This document shows positions 1 through 9,540 of a stretch of DNA of 20,000 nt, piece by piece. The DNA is from an uncultured virus (IMG/VR IMGVR_UViG_3300025098_000027) (lineage: Duplodnaviria > Heunggongvirae > Uroviricota > Caudoviricetes). Location of the stretch: IMG/VR virus record IMGVR_UViG_3300025098_000027. One strand, written 5' to 3'. Below the pieces are notes generated by a model. That model searched no databases. It had not been told where the DNA came from and saw only the letters and a program-made list of their open reading frames with translations. The translations under genes were made by a program, and so were the position numbers. Position 1 is the first letter of the stretch, and each line of letters opens with the position of its first letter.

Positions 1-356
1 AATTAGAAGCATTAAAAGATTTTGATATTGATCTTAGTACAAATACTCTTGGGAGCCGTAGTGGTCAAGGAGCACTTGAAGGTGGAGACGGATTGTACAA
101 AGACTTTAAAGATGCATATGCTGTAGTAGGATTCAATAGTAATGCATTAACTGAAAGTATATGCGAAGGCATTCCTACATTTAGTATGTGTTCTAGTTCA
201 ATGGCTTGGGATTGTAGTAATAAAGATTTATCTCAAATAGAATCACCAGAATTATTTGATAGACAACAATGGTTAAATAATTTAGGTTATTGCCAATGGC
301 GAGAAGACGAAATAGCACAAGGCCTACCTTGGTTCCATTTATTGAAAGGAATATAA
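1..356 (+). CDS. 5'-truncated GT-B-like glycosyltransferase (KpsS/KpsC capsule-synthesis-like), C-terminal part
   Basis: Frame is open from position 3 to TAA at 356. It carries AVVGFNSNALTESICEGIP and RQQWLNNLGYCQW, motifs shared with the paralogs at 3309, 4232, 5962 and the C-terminal half of 1619. Confidence 0.7.
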   Translation, partial: LEALKDFDIDLSTNTLGSRSGQGALEGGDGLYKDFKDAYAVVGFNSNALTESICEGIPTFSMCSSSMAWDCSNKDLSQIESPELFDRQQWLNNLGYCQWREDEIAQGLPWFHLLKGI

Positions 357-839
357 ATGAATATAGAATTTGGTTGCGGAGATAACCCTACTAAATTAGG
401 ATATAAAACTTGTGATATAAGAAACCTTCCTGGTATAGATTTTGTTTGTGTTGCTTGGAATATTGATAATTTAGTACCTCATAATAGTGTAGACAATATT
501 TTTTCGAGACATTTTTTTGAACATTTAACATTCTCCCAAGGAAGAAAAACTCTAAATGCTTGGTACAATATTATGAAACCTGGAGCGTTATGTGAAATGT
601 CATTGCCTAATATTGACTATCATATAGACCAATGGGTAAATAAGAAAAACATAGAACACGCAAAAGCAGGTTTTTGGGGATGGCAAAGAGAAGGCGACAC
701 AGAACTATGGGACGTACATAAAAGTGGCTATAACTTTGGCACATTAAGTTGTTTAATAAAAGAAGAAAAATTTACAAACATAACTCCAATAAAAGTTAAC
801 GGTAAACACTTAAAAGTTAGTTTTATCAAACCAATCTAA
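357..839 (+). CDS. Class I SAM-dependent methyltransferase (Methyltransf_11-like)
   Basis: Motif I NIEFGCG, then D-I-R, SVDNIFSRHFFEHL and MKPGA. ATG abuts the previous stop; AAGGA lies upstream. Confidence 0.8.
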   Translation: MNIEFGCGDNPTKLGYKTCDIRNLPGIDFVCVAWNIDNLVPHNSVDNIFSRHFFEHLTFSQGRKTLNAWYNIMKPGALCEMSLPNIDYHIDQWVNKKNIEHAKAGFWGWQREGDTELWDVHKSGYNFGTLSCLIKEEKFTNITPIKVNGKHLKVSFIKPI

Positions 840-861
840 GAAATCATAATACTAGTACTTA

Positions 862-868
862 ATAAATA
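862..868 (+). promoter_or_regulatory. T4-like late promoter core (ATAAATA), 5 nt before ATG 874
   Basis: aATAAATAccagtATG in a short intergenic gap with no Shine-Dalgarno. Confidence 0.55.
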
Positions 869-873
869 CCAGT

Positions 874-1632
874 ATGGATATAGTTTTAGTTACAGGTGGA
901 TTTGATCCACTACACTCCGGACACATAGAATATTTTAAAGCGGCGAAAAAACTAGGAGATCACTTAGTTGTAGGTGTTAACAGTGACGAATGGTTAACAC
1001 GCAAAAAGGGAAGACCTTTTATGTCGTTTGATGAACGGTGTGCAATTATAAAAGAACTCAGTGTTGTAGATGAAGTTATAGGGTTCGACGACATAGACGA
1101 TACTGCTAATCACGCAATAATGCAAGTAGTATCTACAAAAAGTTCAAAATCAAAACTTATTTTCGCCAATGGCGGAGATAGATCAAAATCTAACATACCC
1201 GAAATGAAATTTACAGATGTTGAATTTGTCTTTGGCGTTGGCGGAGAAAACAAAGCTAATAGCAGTAGTTGGATACTCGACGAATGGAAAACACAAAAGA
1301 CAGAACGTGATTGGGGCTACTGGCGTGTGTTAGATCACAAACCTAAGCAAGGTTACAAAGTAAAAGAGCTTGTAATATATCCCGGCAAATCACTCAGTGA
1401 CCAAAAACACTTTAAACGTTCAGAAGAATGGAATGTACTAGAAGGTATAGTTAAAATGGACACTGAGCTGAATGGTATACAAAGTAGTATACTACTAGAA
1501 CAAAAAAGTAAAACATTTGAAATTGGTAAAGAAGTTTGGCACAAAGCAAGCAATCCCGGAACAGAAAATACTCATATACTAGAAGTACAATGGGGAGAAC
1601 AATGCGTGGAGGAAGATATTGAAAGAAGATAA
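874..1632 (+). CDS. Cytidylyltransferase-family (RfaE/TagD-like) domain fused to a type II mannose-6-phosphate-isomerase-like cupin
   Basis: N-terminal TGGFDPLHSGH (HxGH), VGVNSD, RKKGRPF, FANGGDR and NSSS. C-terminal RDWGYWRVL, PGKSLSDQKHFKRSEEW, WHKASN and EVQWG...EEDIER. Confidence 0.85.
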   Translation: MDIVLVTGGFDPLHSGHIEYFKAAKKLGDHLVVGVNSDEWLTRKKGRPFMSFDERCAIIKELSVVDEVIGFDDIDDTANHAIMQVVSTKSSKSKLIFANGGDRSKSNIPEMKFTDVEFVFGVGGENKANSSSWILDEWKTQKTERDWGYWRVLDHKPKQGYKVKELVIYPGKSLSDQKHFKRSEEWNVLEGIVKMDTELNGIQSSILLEQKSKTFEIGKEVWHKASNPGTENTHILEVQWGEQCVEEDIERR

Positions 1633-3322
1633 ATTAAAAATTTATGTAGGCTGGGACCGAAGAGAAGACATTGCATACCAGGCGTGTAAGCAGAGTATTC
1701 TTAATACAGCAACAGTCGAAGTAGATATTATTCCGTTAAAACAGAAACAACTTAGAAAAGACGAGTTGTATTGGAGAGAAAAGGATAAACTTGCAAGTAC
1801 AGAATTTACATTTACTAGATTCCTTGTTCCTGAACTTCAAGAGTTTGATGGATGGGCTTTATTCATTGACTGTGATTTTATTGCTCTTGAAGATGTTAAA
1901 AATTTATTTGATCAAAGAGATGACAAATATGCAGTAATGTGTGCTCAACACGATTATACTCCTAAACAGGGCATAAAAATGGACGGACAACAACAGACAG
2001 TTTATCCACGTAAAAATTGGTCTAGTATGATGTTAATTAATTGCGGACATCATTCTAATAAACAACTAACTAAAGAGCTAGTTAATAACGAAGAAATTAC
2101 TGGAGCATACTTGCATAGATTTAGTTGGTTAGACGACAGTGAAGTAGGCGAACTTAGTCACGAATGGAATTGGTTAGTAGGTTGGTACAAAGAACCGGAA
2201 GATGGTAAGCCTAAGTTTCTACATTATACAGAAGGCGGCCCGTGGTTTGAACGATATCAAAATTGTGAATATGCAAATGAATACTATAAAGCTGAACGTA
2301 AGTATCTTACTAGTGAATATCACAACATATCTAATAAACTAAGTACTGAAAAACGAATACCTAAATTAGTTAACAATTTATCATTGCCTGATAGTTTACG
2401 GCAATCAATTGAGGCTTTTACATATGCAACAATTGATCCCGAAGGAACTTACTACGGCTATACTGAGGAAAATGCTATGAAAATTATACAGAATAAATTT
2501 CAACAAGGAAAGACTGCAAAGGTAGCAGCAATATTTAATGACGACTTAAATTACGATAATAAATCGTACGTATACGATGAATATCTAGAAGCACTAAGTT
2601 TAGGCAGCGGCGGCAAATTGAGTAGTTGGGATAAAGAAAAAAATACAAATACTCCGTTAATTATTCGAGGAGTTGGAAAGTCTAGTAGAGAAGCAGTCAA
2701 GCACTGTTGGGAAACTGGTAGAGAGTTTTATGCAATCGACACAGGATATTTTGGTAATACAAAAAGTAAATCAAAAGGCTGGCATAGAGTTACAAAAAAT
2801 AATTTACAAGACTATGGTCCAATTATCGAACGTCCTACAGATAGGTTACTAGGATGGAAATATAAAAAATTTAAAAAAGGAAGTAAAATATTAATATGTC
2901 CTCCTAGTGACAAAGTTATGAAATTCTTTGATCAACCTAGCCCAGAGGAATGGACAAAACAAATAGTAGCACAATTAAAGAACATTACTGATCGACCAAT
3001 CGAAGTTAGATTAAAACCTAATAGAACACATAGAATAACTGGTAATTCTATTGAAGATGCACTATCAAACAATGTTCATTGTCTTATAACATACAACAGC
3101 ATTGCTGCCTTAGAAGCGTTAAATTTTGGAAAACCTGCTATCGCACTTGGTCCTAATTGCGCATCAATTGTATGCAATACTAAATTAGAAGAAGTAGAAA
3201 ATTTGCATATACCAGACAAAGATGAAATGACTGCTTTAATGTCACACCTTAGTTATTGTCAATTTTCAAGAAATGAGTTGATGAACGGCTTTGCTTGGGA
3301 TACTGTTAATGAAAGTCGTTAG
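1619..3322 (+). CDS. Two-domain glycosyltransferase: GT8/CDI-like GT-A domain plus KpsS-like GT-B domain
   Basis: TTG start with GGAGGA at 1608-1613. N-half: IYVGWD, STEFTFTRF, DCD (DxD), YPRKNWSS, WNWL, HYTEGGPWF. C-half: IDTGYFG, ICPPS, VRLKP, TYNSIAALEALNFGKP, HLSYCQF. Confidence 0.8.
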   Translation: MKEDKLKIYVGWDRREDIAYQACKQSILNTATVEVDIIPLKQKQLRKDELYWREKDKLASTEFTFTRFLVPELQEFDGWALFIDCDFIALEDVKNLFDQRDDKYAVMCAQHDYTPKQGIKMDGQQQTVYPRKNWSSMMLINCGHHSNKQLTKELVNNEEITGAYLHRFSWLDDSEVGELSHEWNWLVGWYKEPEDGKPKFLHYTEGGPWFERYQNCEYANEYYKAERKYLTSEYHNISNKLSTEKRIPKLVNNLSLPDSLRQSIEAFTYATIDPEGTYYGYTEENAMKIIQNKFQQGKTAKVAAIFNDDLNYDNKSYVYDEYLEALSLGSGGKLSSWDKEKNTNTPLIIRGVGKSSREAVKHCWETGREFYAIDTGYFGNTKSKSKGWHRVTKNNLQDYGPIIERPTDRLLGWKYKKFKKGSKILICPPSDKVMKFFDQPSPEEWTKQIVAQLKNITDRPIEVRLKPNRTHRITGNSIEDALSNNVHCLITYNSIAALEALNFGKPAIALGPNCASIVCNTKLEEVENLHIPDKDEMTALMSHLSYCQFSRNELMNGFAWDTVNESR

Positions 3323-4235
3323 TTACTATAATGTAGTTCCAAGTTATAATAAGAGCCAAGAAAAATTTGATATACTTACTAAATTTATTCAAGGTGTAAA
3401 TGCTGCCGGAGATACTGGAATTGTACACAAAGGATACGACTTACAAAAGTGCGATGTTGGAATGATTCAAGGCTGGCAACACGCAGTTGGTAAAAATGCA
3501 CCCCACTTGCAGTTACGACAGCGTGTAATGAATAATACATCAAATACACACGTATGCACAGCAGACGCAAACTTGTTTTTATATGCAAACAAAATTAATC
3601 GTCCTCATCACTATTTGAGATATAGTTTTGACGGTGTATTTCCAAATACTGGTAATTACTTTGATGATAATCCTAATCCTAAACGTTGGCAACAAATTTC
3701 TAAACATTTAGATATAGCTCTTGAAAACCGAAAGAAAGGAAAAAATATTGTAATTTGTTTACAACGTAATCAAGGATGGAGTATGGGAGAATTATCCGTA
3801 ACTAATTGGTTAGAAACTACTATTGCAAAAATTTTAAATCATACCGATCGAACTATTGTTATTAGGCCGCACCCAGGTGATAAAAAAGCCATAACTCAAT
3901 ACTTGCCACAACTAATACAAAAATATCGAAGCAATAAAAACATTAAAGTTTCAATGCCTGGTTCGCCTTTAGATCAAGATTTAAACAAAGCGTGGGCTGT
4001 TGTAAATCATAATAGCAGTAGTATTGTTGGACCACTAATACAAGGATATCCTGGATTTATTACAGACCCAGATAAGAGTCAATGTGAAGAAGTTTGTCAC
4101 ACAGACTTTAGTAAGATAGAAAATCCTCAAGAGTTTGATCGACAAAAATGGTTAGAACGTATTAGTATGTTTCATTGGAACTTCCAAGAATTAACAGACG
4201 GCACAGCGTGGAAACATATGAGAGAATATGTATGA
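3309..4235 (+). CDS. GT-B-like glycosyltransferase (KpsS/KpsC capsule-synthesis-like)
   Basis: ATG 3309 overlaps the end of the previous gene. Motifs ICLQ, IRPHP, VVNHNSSSIVGPLIQGYP and RQKWLERISMFHW. Confidence 0.7.
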   Translation: MKVVSYYNVVPSYNKSQEKFDILTKFIQGVNAAGDTGIVHKGYDLQKCDVGMIQGWQHAVGKNAPHLQLRQRVMNNTSNTHVCTADANLFLYANKINRPHHYLRYSFDGVFPNTGNYFDDNPNPKRWQQISKHLDIALENRKKGKNIVICLQRNQGWSMGELSVTNWLETTIAKILNHTDRTIVIRPHPGDKKAITQYLPQLIQKYRSNKNIKVSMPGSPLDQDLNKAWAVVNHNSSSIVGPLIQGYPGFITDPDKSQCEEVCHTDFSKIENPQEFDRQKWLERISMFHWNFQELTDGTAWKHMREYV

Positions 4236-5077
4236 AAGTTGTTAAGGTCGCTGCTATTAATATGAATTCAAGTTCTTATGAATGCAACTTTCGTTGCGAT
4301 TCTATTTTACAACAGTTTGCAAAAGGAATCAATAAGCAGTTATTACCTGCGAGTGATGCAATTACAAATTCGTTGCCTTTGGTAGGAAGAGGTATGTCAG
4401 AATCTGTAGGCAAGTATATTTTATTGTCTATGAAAAATAATTTACCATTTTATCATATTGATACAGGGTATTTTGGTAATGTTAAAAGAAAAGTATGGCA
4501 TCGAATTACATACAATGGATTTCAAAACACAAATACATTTATACCGCGAGACAAACGAAGACTGTCTCAACAACTTCTTTCTTATTTTGGACAAGATGTA
4601 GAAATGCCGTTAGAAAAAAAGATTAATTCATTTACTCCGGGTAAAAAAATATTAATATGTCCACCTAGTAAAAAAGTTATGGGATTTTTCCAACAACCAA
4701 GTCCGCAGGAGTGGACTGAGAAAGTTATTAAAGAGTTAAGGCAATATACTGATAGACCTATTGAAGTACGCTTGAAGCCTAGTAGAACTGAAAGACAAAC
4801 TGTTAAAAATATGAAAGACGCATTAAAAGATGATATACATTGTTTAGTAACATACAATAGTATTGCTGCTACAGAAGCATTAATGGCAGGAAAACCTGCC
4901 ATTGTACTTGGACCAAATGCTGCACAATCTATATGTGAAACAGATCTAAAAAATATAGAAAATCCAAAAATCCCAACTCAGAGCGAAATGATTGCTTTCT
5001 TAACTCACCTATCTTACTGTCAGTTTACACAAACAGAAATGTATAATGGGTTTGCTTGGAAACACTTACAGCATTAG
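4232..5077 (+). CDS. GT-B-like glycosyltransferase, close paralog of the C-terminal domain of 1619..3322
   Basis: ATGA overlap start. Shares KVAAI, IDTGYFGN, WHR, KILICPPSxKVMxFFxQPSPxEWT, TDRPIEVRLKP, HCLxTYNSIAA and HLSYCQF with 1619..3322. Confidence 0.75.
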   Translation: MKVVKVAAINMNSSSYECNFRCDSILQQFAKGINKQLLPASDAITNSLPLVGRGMSESVGKYILLSMKNNLPFYHIDTGYFGNVKRKVWHRITYNGFQNTNTFIPRDKRRLSQQLLSYFGQDVEMPLEKKINSFTPGKKILICPPSKKVMGFFQQPSPQEWTEKVIKELRQYTDRPIEVRLKPSRTERQTVKNMKDALKDDIHCLVTYNSIAATEALMAGKPAIVLGPNAAQSICETDLKNIENPKIPTQSEMIAFLTHLSYCQFTQTEMYNGFAWKHLQH

Positions 5078-5920
5078 TTATTTCCAATAATCCTCAGTTC
5101 TATTAACCATTAAATCTCGTGATCGACTTTTTCCTTCTTCCTTGCGGACGCCTTTCATATGATCCATCCATTTACCTAATACACTATTAATTAAAGGATG
5201 TCCGCCTCCGCCTGTACGAGCTTCTTTCAAATACATTTCAGCACTATAATCTAACACGTTAGGAAACTCTTTTTTCATATTATTAAGAATGTGTCCGAAC
5301 ACGAAACTATCGTGCCATTCTTCTAATAAGAATATACCTTGTTCGGCTTCTTCGTATACACGTTCAAACTCTTTAAGGAACTCGTGACATACAGGATGAT
5401 TTAAGTTCATACCATAGAAGCCGCACTCTGGCCACGTCTGAGATCCTTTACCCCTACCTACATATGTTAACCAGGTATTATTTGGTAATAAGTTATTAAA
5501 TTCTTTATGGCTCCAATCACTATGAATAAATGTATCAGCATCCATCCATACACACCAGCCTTTAGAACGTGTACAAGCGTCATACACAGCATATGTTTTG
5601 TTAGCAAAGCGTATGGCGTCCCATTTAAATTTCTTGTGCCAATCCCGCGGTCTACGTGCTTTAATAGCGTCTGTAGGTATGCCGTTTGCTCTAGGATCAT
5701 TCTTCCAACGTTCCTTAAATACATTTAATTTAGGTAATACTTCTTTAGCATCAAGAATTGTTATCTGTTTCGGATCGGGGTTGATTGGATTACAATCTTC
5801 TGCGTATACTAATAGCTTTATCTTTTTACTAACTCGTTCTGCAAAACTATCTAAGAATCGTTGACCGTATGTGTCTAATCCTGGCTTATGAAAGGTTGTA
5901 ACCACTGTTATTGGTGTCAT
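5078..5920 (-). CDS. GT-A fold (nucleotide-diphospho-sugar) glycosyltransferase
   Basis: Start MTPITVVTTF at 5920 with SD AAGAGGAA. Motifs WDAIRFANK, WMDAD (DxD), ECGF, WHDSFVF and HMKG. Paralog of 16108..16824. Confidence 0.75.
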   Translation of the reverse strand: MTPITVVTTFHKPGLDTYGQRFLDSFAERVSKKIKLLVYAEDCNPINPDPKQITILDAKEVLPKLNVFKERWKNDPRANGIPTDAIKARRPRDWHKKFKWDAIRFANKTYAVYDACTRSKGWCVWMDADTFIHSDWSHKEFNNLLPNNTWLTYVGRGKGSQTWPECGFYGMNLNHPVCHEFLKEFERVYEEAEQGIFLLEEWHDSFVFGHILNNMKKEFPNVLDYSAEMYLKEARTGGGGHPLINSVLGKWMDHMKGVRKEEGKSRSRDLMVNRTEDYWK

Positions 5921-5932
5921 ATCGTTCCTCTT

Positions 5933-5959
5933 GTTAAATATGTATATGGAGTATTTAAC
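5933..5959. promoter_or_regulatory. Inverted pair GTTAAATA-N11-TATTTAAC; candidate face-to-face late promoters between divergent genes
   Basis: Perfect 8-bp inverted repeat, each half containing TAAATA, in the 41-nt gap between the divergent genes starting at 5920 (-) and 5962 (+). Confidence 0.45.
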
Positions 5960-5961
5960 TA

Positions 5962-6840
5962 ATGATTTTCTGTCTATACACTGATTATGGCGCACTAAAC
6001 AGTAAGCCAGTGTTTGAAGCATTTGCAAAGAGTGTAATTGATGCTGGCCATACAGTCATATATAATGAGCCTTATAGAGTTGGCGGCCATTATAGTAACT
6101 ATGACGTTGCCGTTATATGGAGTGTTCTATGGAACGGACGAATGGCACAAAACAAGACGGTATGGGAACAGAATCGTATGTTAAATAAACCTGTTATAGT
6201 ATTAGAAGTTGGCGGCATTAATCGCGGCACAACTTGGAAAGTAGGATTAAATGGAATCAACAGAACTGCTTACTTTGGTGACAAAGACAATGATAGGGTT
6301 AGGGCTGATAGCCTGGGACTGGTTTGTAAACCTTGGAGATCCAACGGCGATTATGTTTTAATATGTGGTCAACACGACAAGAGTTTACAATGGCAAGGTA
6401 TGCCTCGTATGAGCAACTGGTTCTTAAATACCTATGACGAAATACGTAAATACACTGACCGACCTATTATATTTCGACCTCACCCACGATGTAGACTAGA
6501 ACACATAGAACGTGGTCTTAAACACGTAACAAGACAGGAACCTAAACAAATTGCCAATACTTACGATGATTTTGATATGGGGTTTAATAATGTACATTGT
6601 ACTATCAGCTACAGTAGTAACCCTGGCATACATAGTATCATCGCCGGCGTTCCTAGTTTTGTTAGCACTCATAGTCTTGCTTATCCTGTAGCCAACGATA
6701 TAGACTTTTTACACGATATTGAAAATCCTGTAATGCCAGATCGTACACAATGGCTGAACGACTACGCTCATACTGAATATACAGTTGACGAAATTTCTCA
6801 AGGCTTACCACTTAAACACTTGACATCTAAGATAGTTTAG
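5962..6840 (+). CDS. GT-B-like glycosyltransferase (KpsS/KpsC capsule-synthesis-like)
   Basis: GGAG upstream. Motifs VLEVG, LICGQHDKS, FRPHP, ISYSSNPGIHSIIAGVP and RTQWLNDYAHTEY. Confidence 0.75.
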   Translation: MIFCLYTDYGALNSKPVFEAFAKSVIDAGHTVIYNEPYRVGGHYSNYDVAVIWSVLWNGRMAQNKTVWEQNRMLNKPVIVLEVGGINRGTTWKVGLNGINRTAYFGDKDNDRVRADSLGLVCKPWRSNGDYVLICGQHDKSLQWQGMPRMSNWFLNTYDEIRKYTDRPIIFRPHPRCRLEHIERGLKHVTRQEPKQIANTYDDFDMGFNNVHCTISYSSNPGIHSIIAGVPSFVSTHSLAYPVANDIDFLHDIENPVMPDRTQWLNDYAHTEYTVDEISQGLPLKHLTSKIV

Positions 6841-6848
6841 CGTATACT
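6820..6848 (+). promoter_or_regulatory. Sigma70-type promoter TTGACA-N17-TATACT
   Basis: TTGACA 6820-6825, TATACT 6843-6848, then 6 nt and ATG at 6855. Confidence 0.8.
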
Positions 6849-6854
6849 ACATAT

Positions 6855-8072
6855 ATGTTTACAGTAGAAGATTATATAGAACTCCTTACCGGATTCCAAG
6901 GTAGTGCAGACATAACACTAGATAGCAGTGACCATTCTCTTATGTTTAGTTTTGCAAAACAAATATCAAATAGTATACCGTTCACTGACAGGCAGTGTGA
7001 CCTTGCTAAAACAAAAATTAGTTATTACAAAGAACAACTTGAAAAAAATAACTATGAGGTAAATGATTTATCGCAGTTGCGTATGCCATTGCGTTCTATT
7101 GACAGAAGTAGATGGATTAAGATTGTTGAATTAAATGATAACGAATTGTGGATAGGCATTAGATTTATTTTTCAAAAGAAATTAATTCTACAACTTGACA
7201 AATTAAAAAGATTAATGTCAGACTCACAAGACGCATTTTATGATAAAGAATATAAAATCCATTATTTTAAATTAAGCGAAAGTAATGTATATGATGTAGT
7301 AAGCACATTTAAAGACATTACTAATTTTGAAGTTCAAGACGAACTTCTTGTATATTTTGAAAAGTTAAAAGAAATGAAAAACAACAAACAGAATTATATA
7401 CCAGGCATATACGGAATGCAACTTAAAAACTTACATACTAAAAGTTTAGACTATGCTATTAGTAGTGTCGGTACTCCAACAGCAGATAATCTATGTCAAT
7501 TTTACGATCAAAAAGATCGATTAGGATTATACCATTTTGATAAAGACGATTTACTTGAAAGTTTAAAACATCTAACTCCGTTATCTCAAAAAATTGTTAA
7601 TAGAGAGTCTCACCAAGTATTAGTTAATTCATCACAATACACAATTAATAATTTAGCAGAAGTAATACTTGAATTATATCGTTTTCCTTTAGTAATAGTT
7701 TTAAATGAAAAACAATGTTATGACGAATTAGTACAGTTTCATAGAGCGTTTAGTGGTATAATACCAAATGAACGTTGTAGTGTATTATTTAGATTAGATA
7801 ATAATTCAGAAGGTGAGGAATTTAATCAATATATCAAAGCTAATAATCTTAATAATAAGGTTGACAATAATACAAAAATAGTGTATATTAGTAATAATAA
7901 AGTTCCGAAGCCTTTGTTAAAAAGTGATTGGTTACCGATTACTGCTATAACAACTTCCTCAAATAGAAGTGCTGGCGCAAAAACAGATGCATATATTGAG
8001 ATGCTAGATCTTGTAATGCATTATGATTCTGATGTTAGTCCTTGGAAACGAAAACAAATAGAGACCCTTTAA
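6855..8072 (+). CDS. Hypothetical protein (405 aa), translationally coupled to uvsW
   Basis: Long ORF with its own promoter and a TAATG overlap with the next gene; no motif recognised. Confidence 0.75.
   Translation: MFTVEDYIELLTGFQGSADITLDSSDHSLMFSFAKQISNSIPFTDRQCDLAKTKISYYKEQLEKNNYEVNDLSQLRMPLRSIDRSRWIKIVELNDNELWIGIRFIFQKKLILQLDKLKRLMSDSQDAFYDKEYKIHYFKLSESNVYDVVSTFKDITNFEVQDELLVYFEKLKEMKNNKQNYIPGIYGMQLKNLHTKSLDYAISSVGTPTADNLCQFYDQKDRLGLYHFDKDDLLESLKHLTPLSQKIVNRESHQVLVNSSQYTINNLAEVILELYRFPLVIVLNEKQCYDELVQFHRAFSGIIPNERCSVLFRLDNNSEGEEFNQYIKANNLNNKVDNNTKIVYISNNKVPKPLLKSDWLPITAITTSSNRSAGAKTDAYIEMLDLVMHYDSDVSPWKRKQIETL
7861..7889 (+). promoter_or_regulatory. Intragenic sigma70-type promoter TTGACA-N17-TATATT upstream of uvsW
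   Basis: TTGACA 7861-7866 and TATATT 7884-7889 with a 17-nt spacer. Confidence 0.55.
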
Positions 8073-9535
8073 TGGCAACTTGCAAACTAATAATTGAAGA
8101 TGAAGTAAACATTAAGCTAGAAGGACTAGAGGTTGATGTACGGAGAAAGCTCGCGAATGCTCTTAAGTTTGAAGTGCCATACGCAAAGTATATGCCACAA
8201 TATAAACTTGGTCGATGGGACGGCAAAGTTGCTTTCTTTGGTATTGGCGGTACTGGCTATGTTAATCATCTTGATGTTGTTAGTGAAGTTTTGCAAAAAA
8301 ATAATGTACAAATAATAGACATTGAAGACAATAGACATCCTATACAATTTGACTTCCAACCAGTAACAGAACGTTATTGGGCTGATCAAAATGTACGTTG
8401 GCCAAAAGGACATCCTGCAGAAGGTGAAGAAATTATTCTGCGTGACTATCAAGTAGAGTCAATTAACAACTTTTTAAAACATCCACAGAGCTTGCAACAG
8501 ATTGCTACTGGTGCAGGTAAAACAATTACTACAGCAACACTTTCACATATAACTGAGCCGTATGGACGTAGTCTTATTATCGTGCCTAACAAGAGTCTTG
8601 TTACACAAACAGAGGAAGACTATATTAACTGCGGGCTCGATGCTGGGGTGTACTTCGGCGACAGAAAAGAGTTAGGTAAGACTCACACTATTTGCACTTG
8701 GCAGAGTTTGAATATACTCGACAAGAAGCACAAGGACGGAACAGCAGTATTATCATTAGCTGAGTTCTTAGATGGTGTAAGCACTATTATTGTCGACGAA
8801 GTACACCAGGCTAAAGCAGAAGTACTAAAGAATTTACTTACACGTAATTTAAAGAACGCTCCGATACGTTGGGGACTAACAGGCACTGTGCCAAGAGAGA
8901 AGTTTGAGTTTGAAAGTATTCACGCTAGTCTTGGTCCTGTAATTGGTCAAATTAGTGCTAAAGAATTACAAGACAAGGGTGTACTATCACAATGTCACGT
9001 TAACGTAGTACAATTATTAGATACACAATCACATTCAGATTATCAATCAGAATTAAAATATTTAACAACAAATCAGGCAAGATTAGAATACATAGGCAAA
9101 TTATTAAGCACAGTAAAAGAATCAGGAAACACACTTATACTTGTAGATAGAATTAGTGCTGGGGAAATACTTCAAGAACTAATACCAGGTAGTGTGTTTG
9201 TAAAGGGCGATGTAAAATTAAAAGATCGCAAGGAAGCATATGATGAAATTAATGAAGGAACTAACCACGTGGTTATCGCAACATACGGAGTCGCGGCTGT
9301 TGGTATTAATATACCGCGTATTTTTAATCTTGTTCTGCTTGAGCCTGGCAAAAGTTTTGTCAGGGTAATTCAAAGTATTGGTAGAGGCGTTCGTAAGGCA
9401 AAAGACAAAGACTTTGTACAAATTTGGGATATCACATCATCGTGCAAATTTGCAAAGAGACATTTAACACAACGTAAAAAATTCTATAAGGAAGCACAGT
9501 ATCCTTTCACTATAGAAAAAGTAGATTGGAACTAA
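8072..9535 (+). CDS. uvsW: UvsW-like superfamily 2 DNA helicase
   Basis: Q motif LRDYQ, Walker A ATGAGKT, DEVH, GLTGT, GINIP and QSIGRGVR; N-terminal YKLGRWDGK resembles T4 UvsW. Confidence 0.9.
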   Translation: MATCKLIIEDEVNIKLEGLEVDVRRKLANALKFEVPYAKYMPQYKLGRWDGKVAFFGIGGTGYVNHLDVVSEVLQKNNVQIIDIEDNRHPIQFDFQPVTERYWADQNVRWPKGHPAEGEEIILRDYQVESINNFLKHPQSLQQIATGAGKTITTATLSHITEPYGRSLIIVPNKSLVTQTEEDYINCGLDAGVYFGDRKELGKTHTICTWQSLNILDKKHKDGTAVLSLAEFLDGVSTIIVDEVHQAKAEVLKNLLTRNLKNAPIRWGLTGTVPREKFEFESIHASLGPVIGQISAKELQDKGVLSQCHVNVVQLLDTQSHSDYQSELKYLTTNQARLEYIGKLLSTVKESGNTLILVDRISAGEILQELIPGSVFVKGDVKLKDRKEAYDEINEGTNHVVIATYGVAAVGINIPRIFNLVLLEPGKSFVRVIQSIGRGVRKAKDKDFVQIWDITSSCKFAKRHLTQRKKFYKEAQYPFTIEKVDWN

Positions 9536-9540
9536 AATAT

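Noticed and set aside
5946..5984. 12-codon ORF (MEYLTNDFLSIH) starting 5 nt after TTAAATA
   Set aside because: It fits the leaderless spacing but is tiny and out of frame with 5962, and its GGAG serves well as the SD for 5962. It cannot be supported as a gene.
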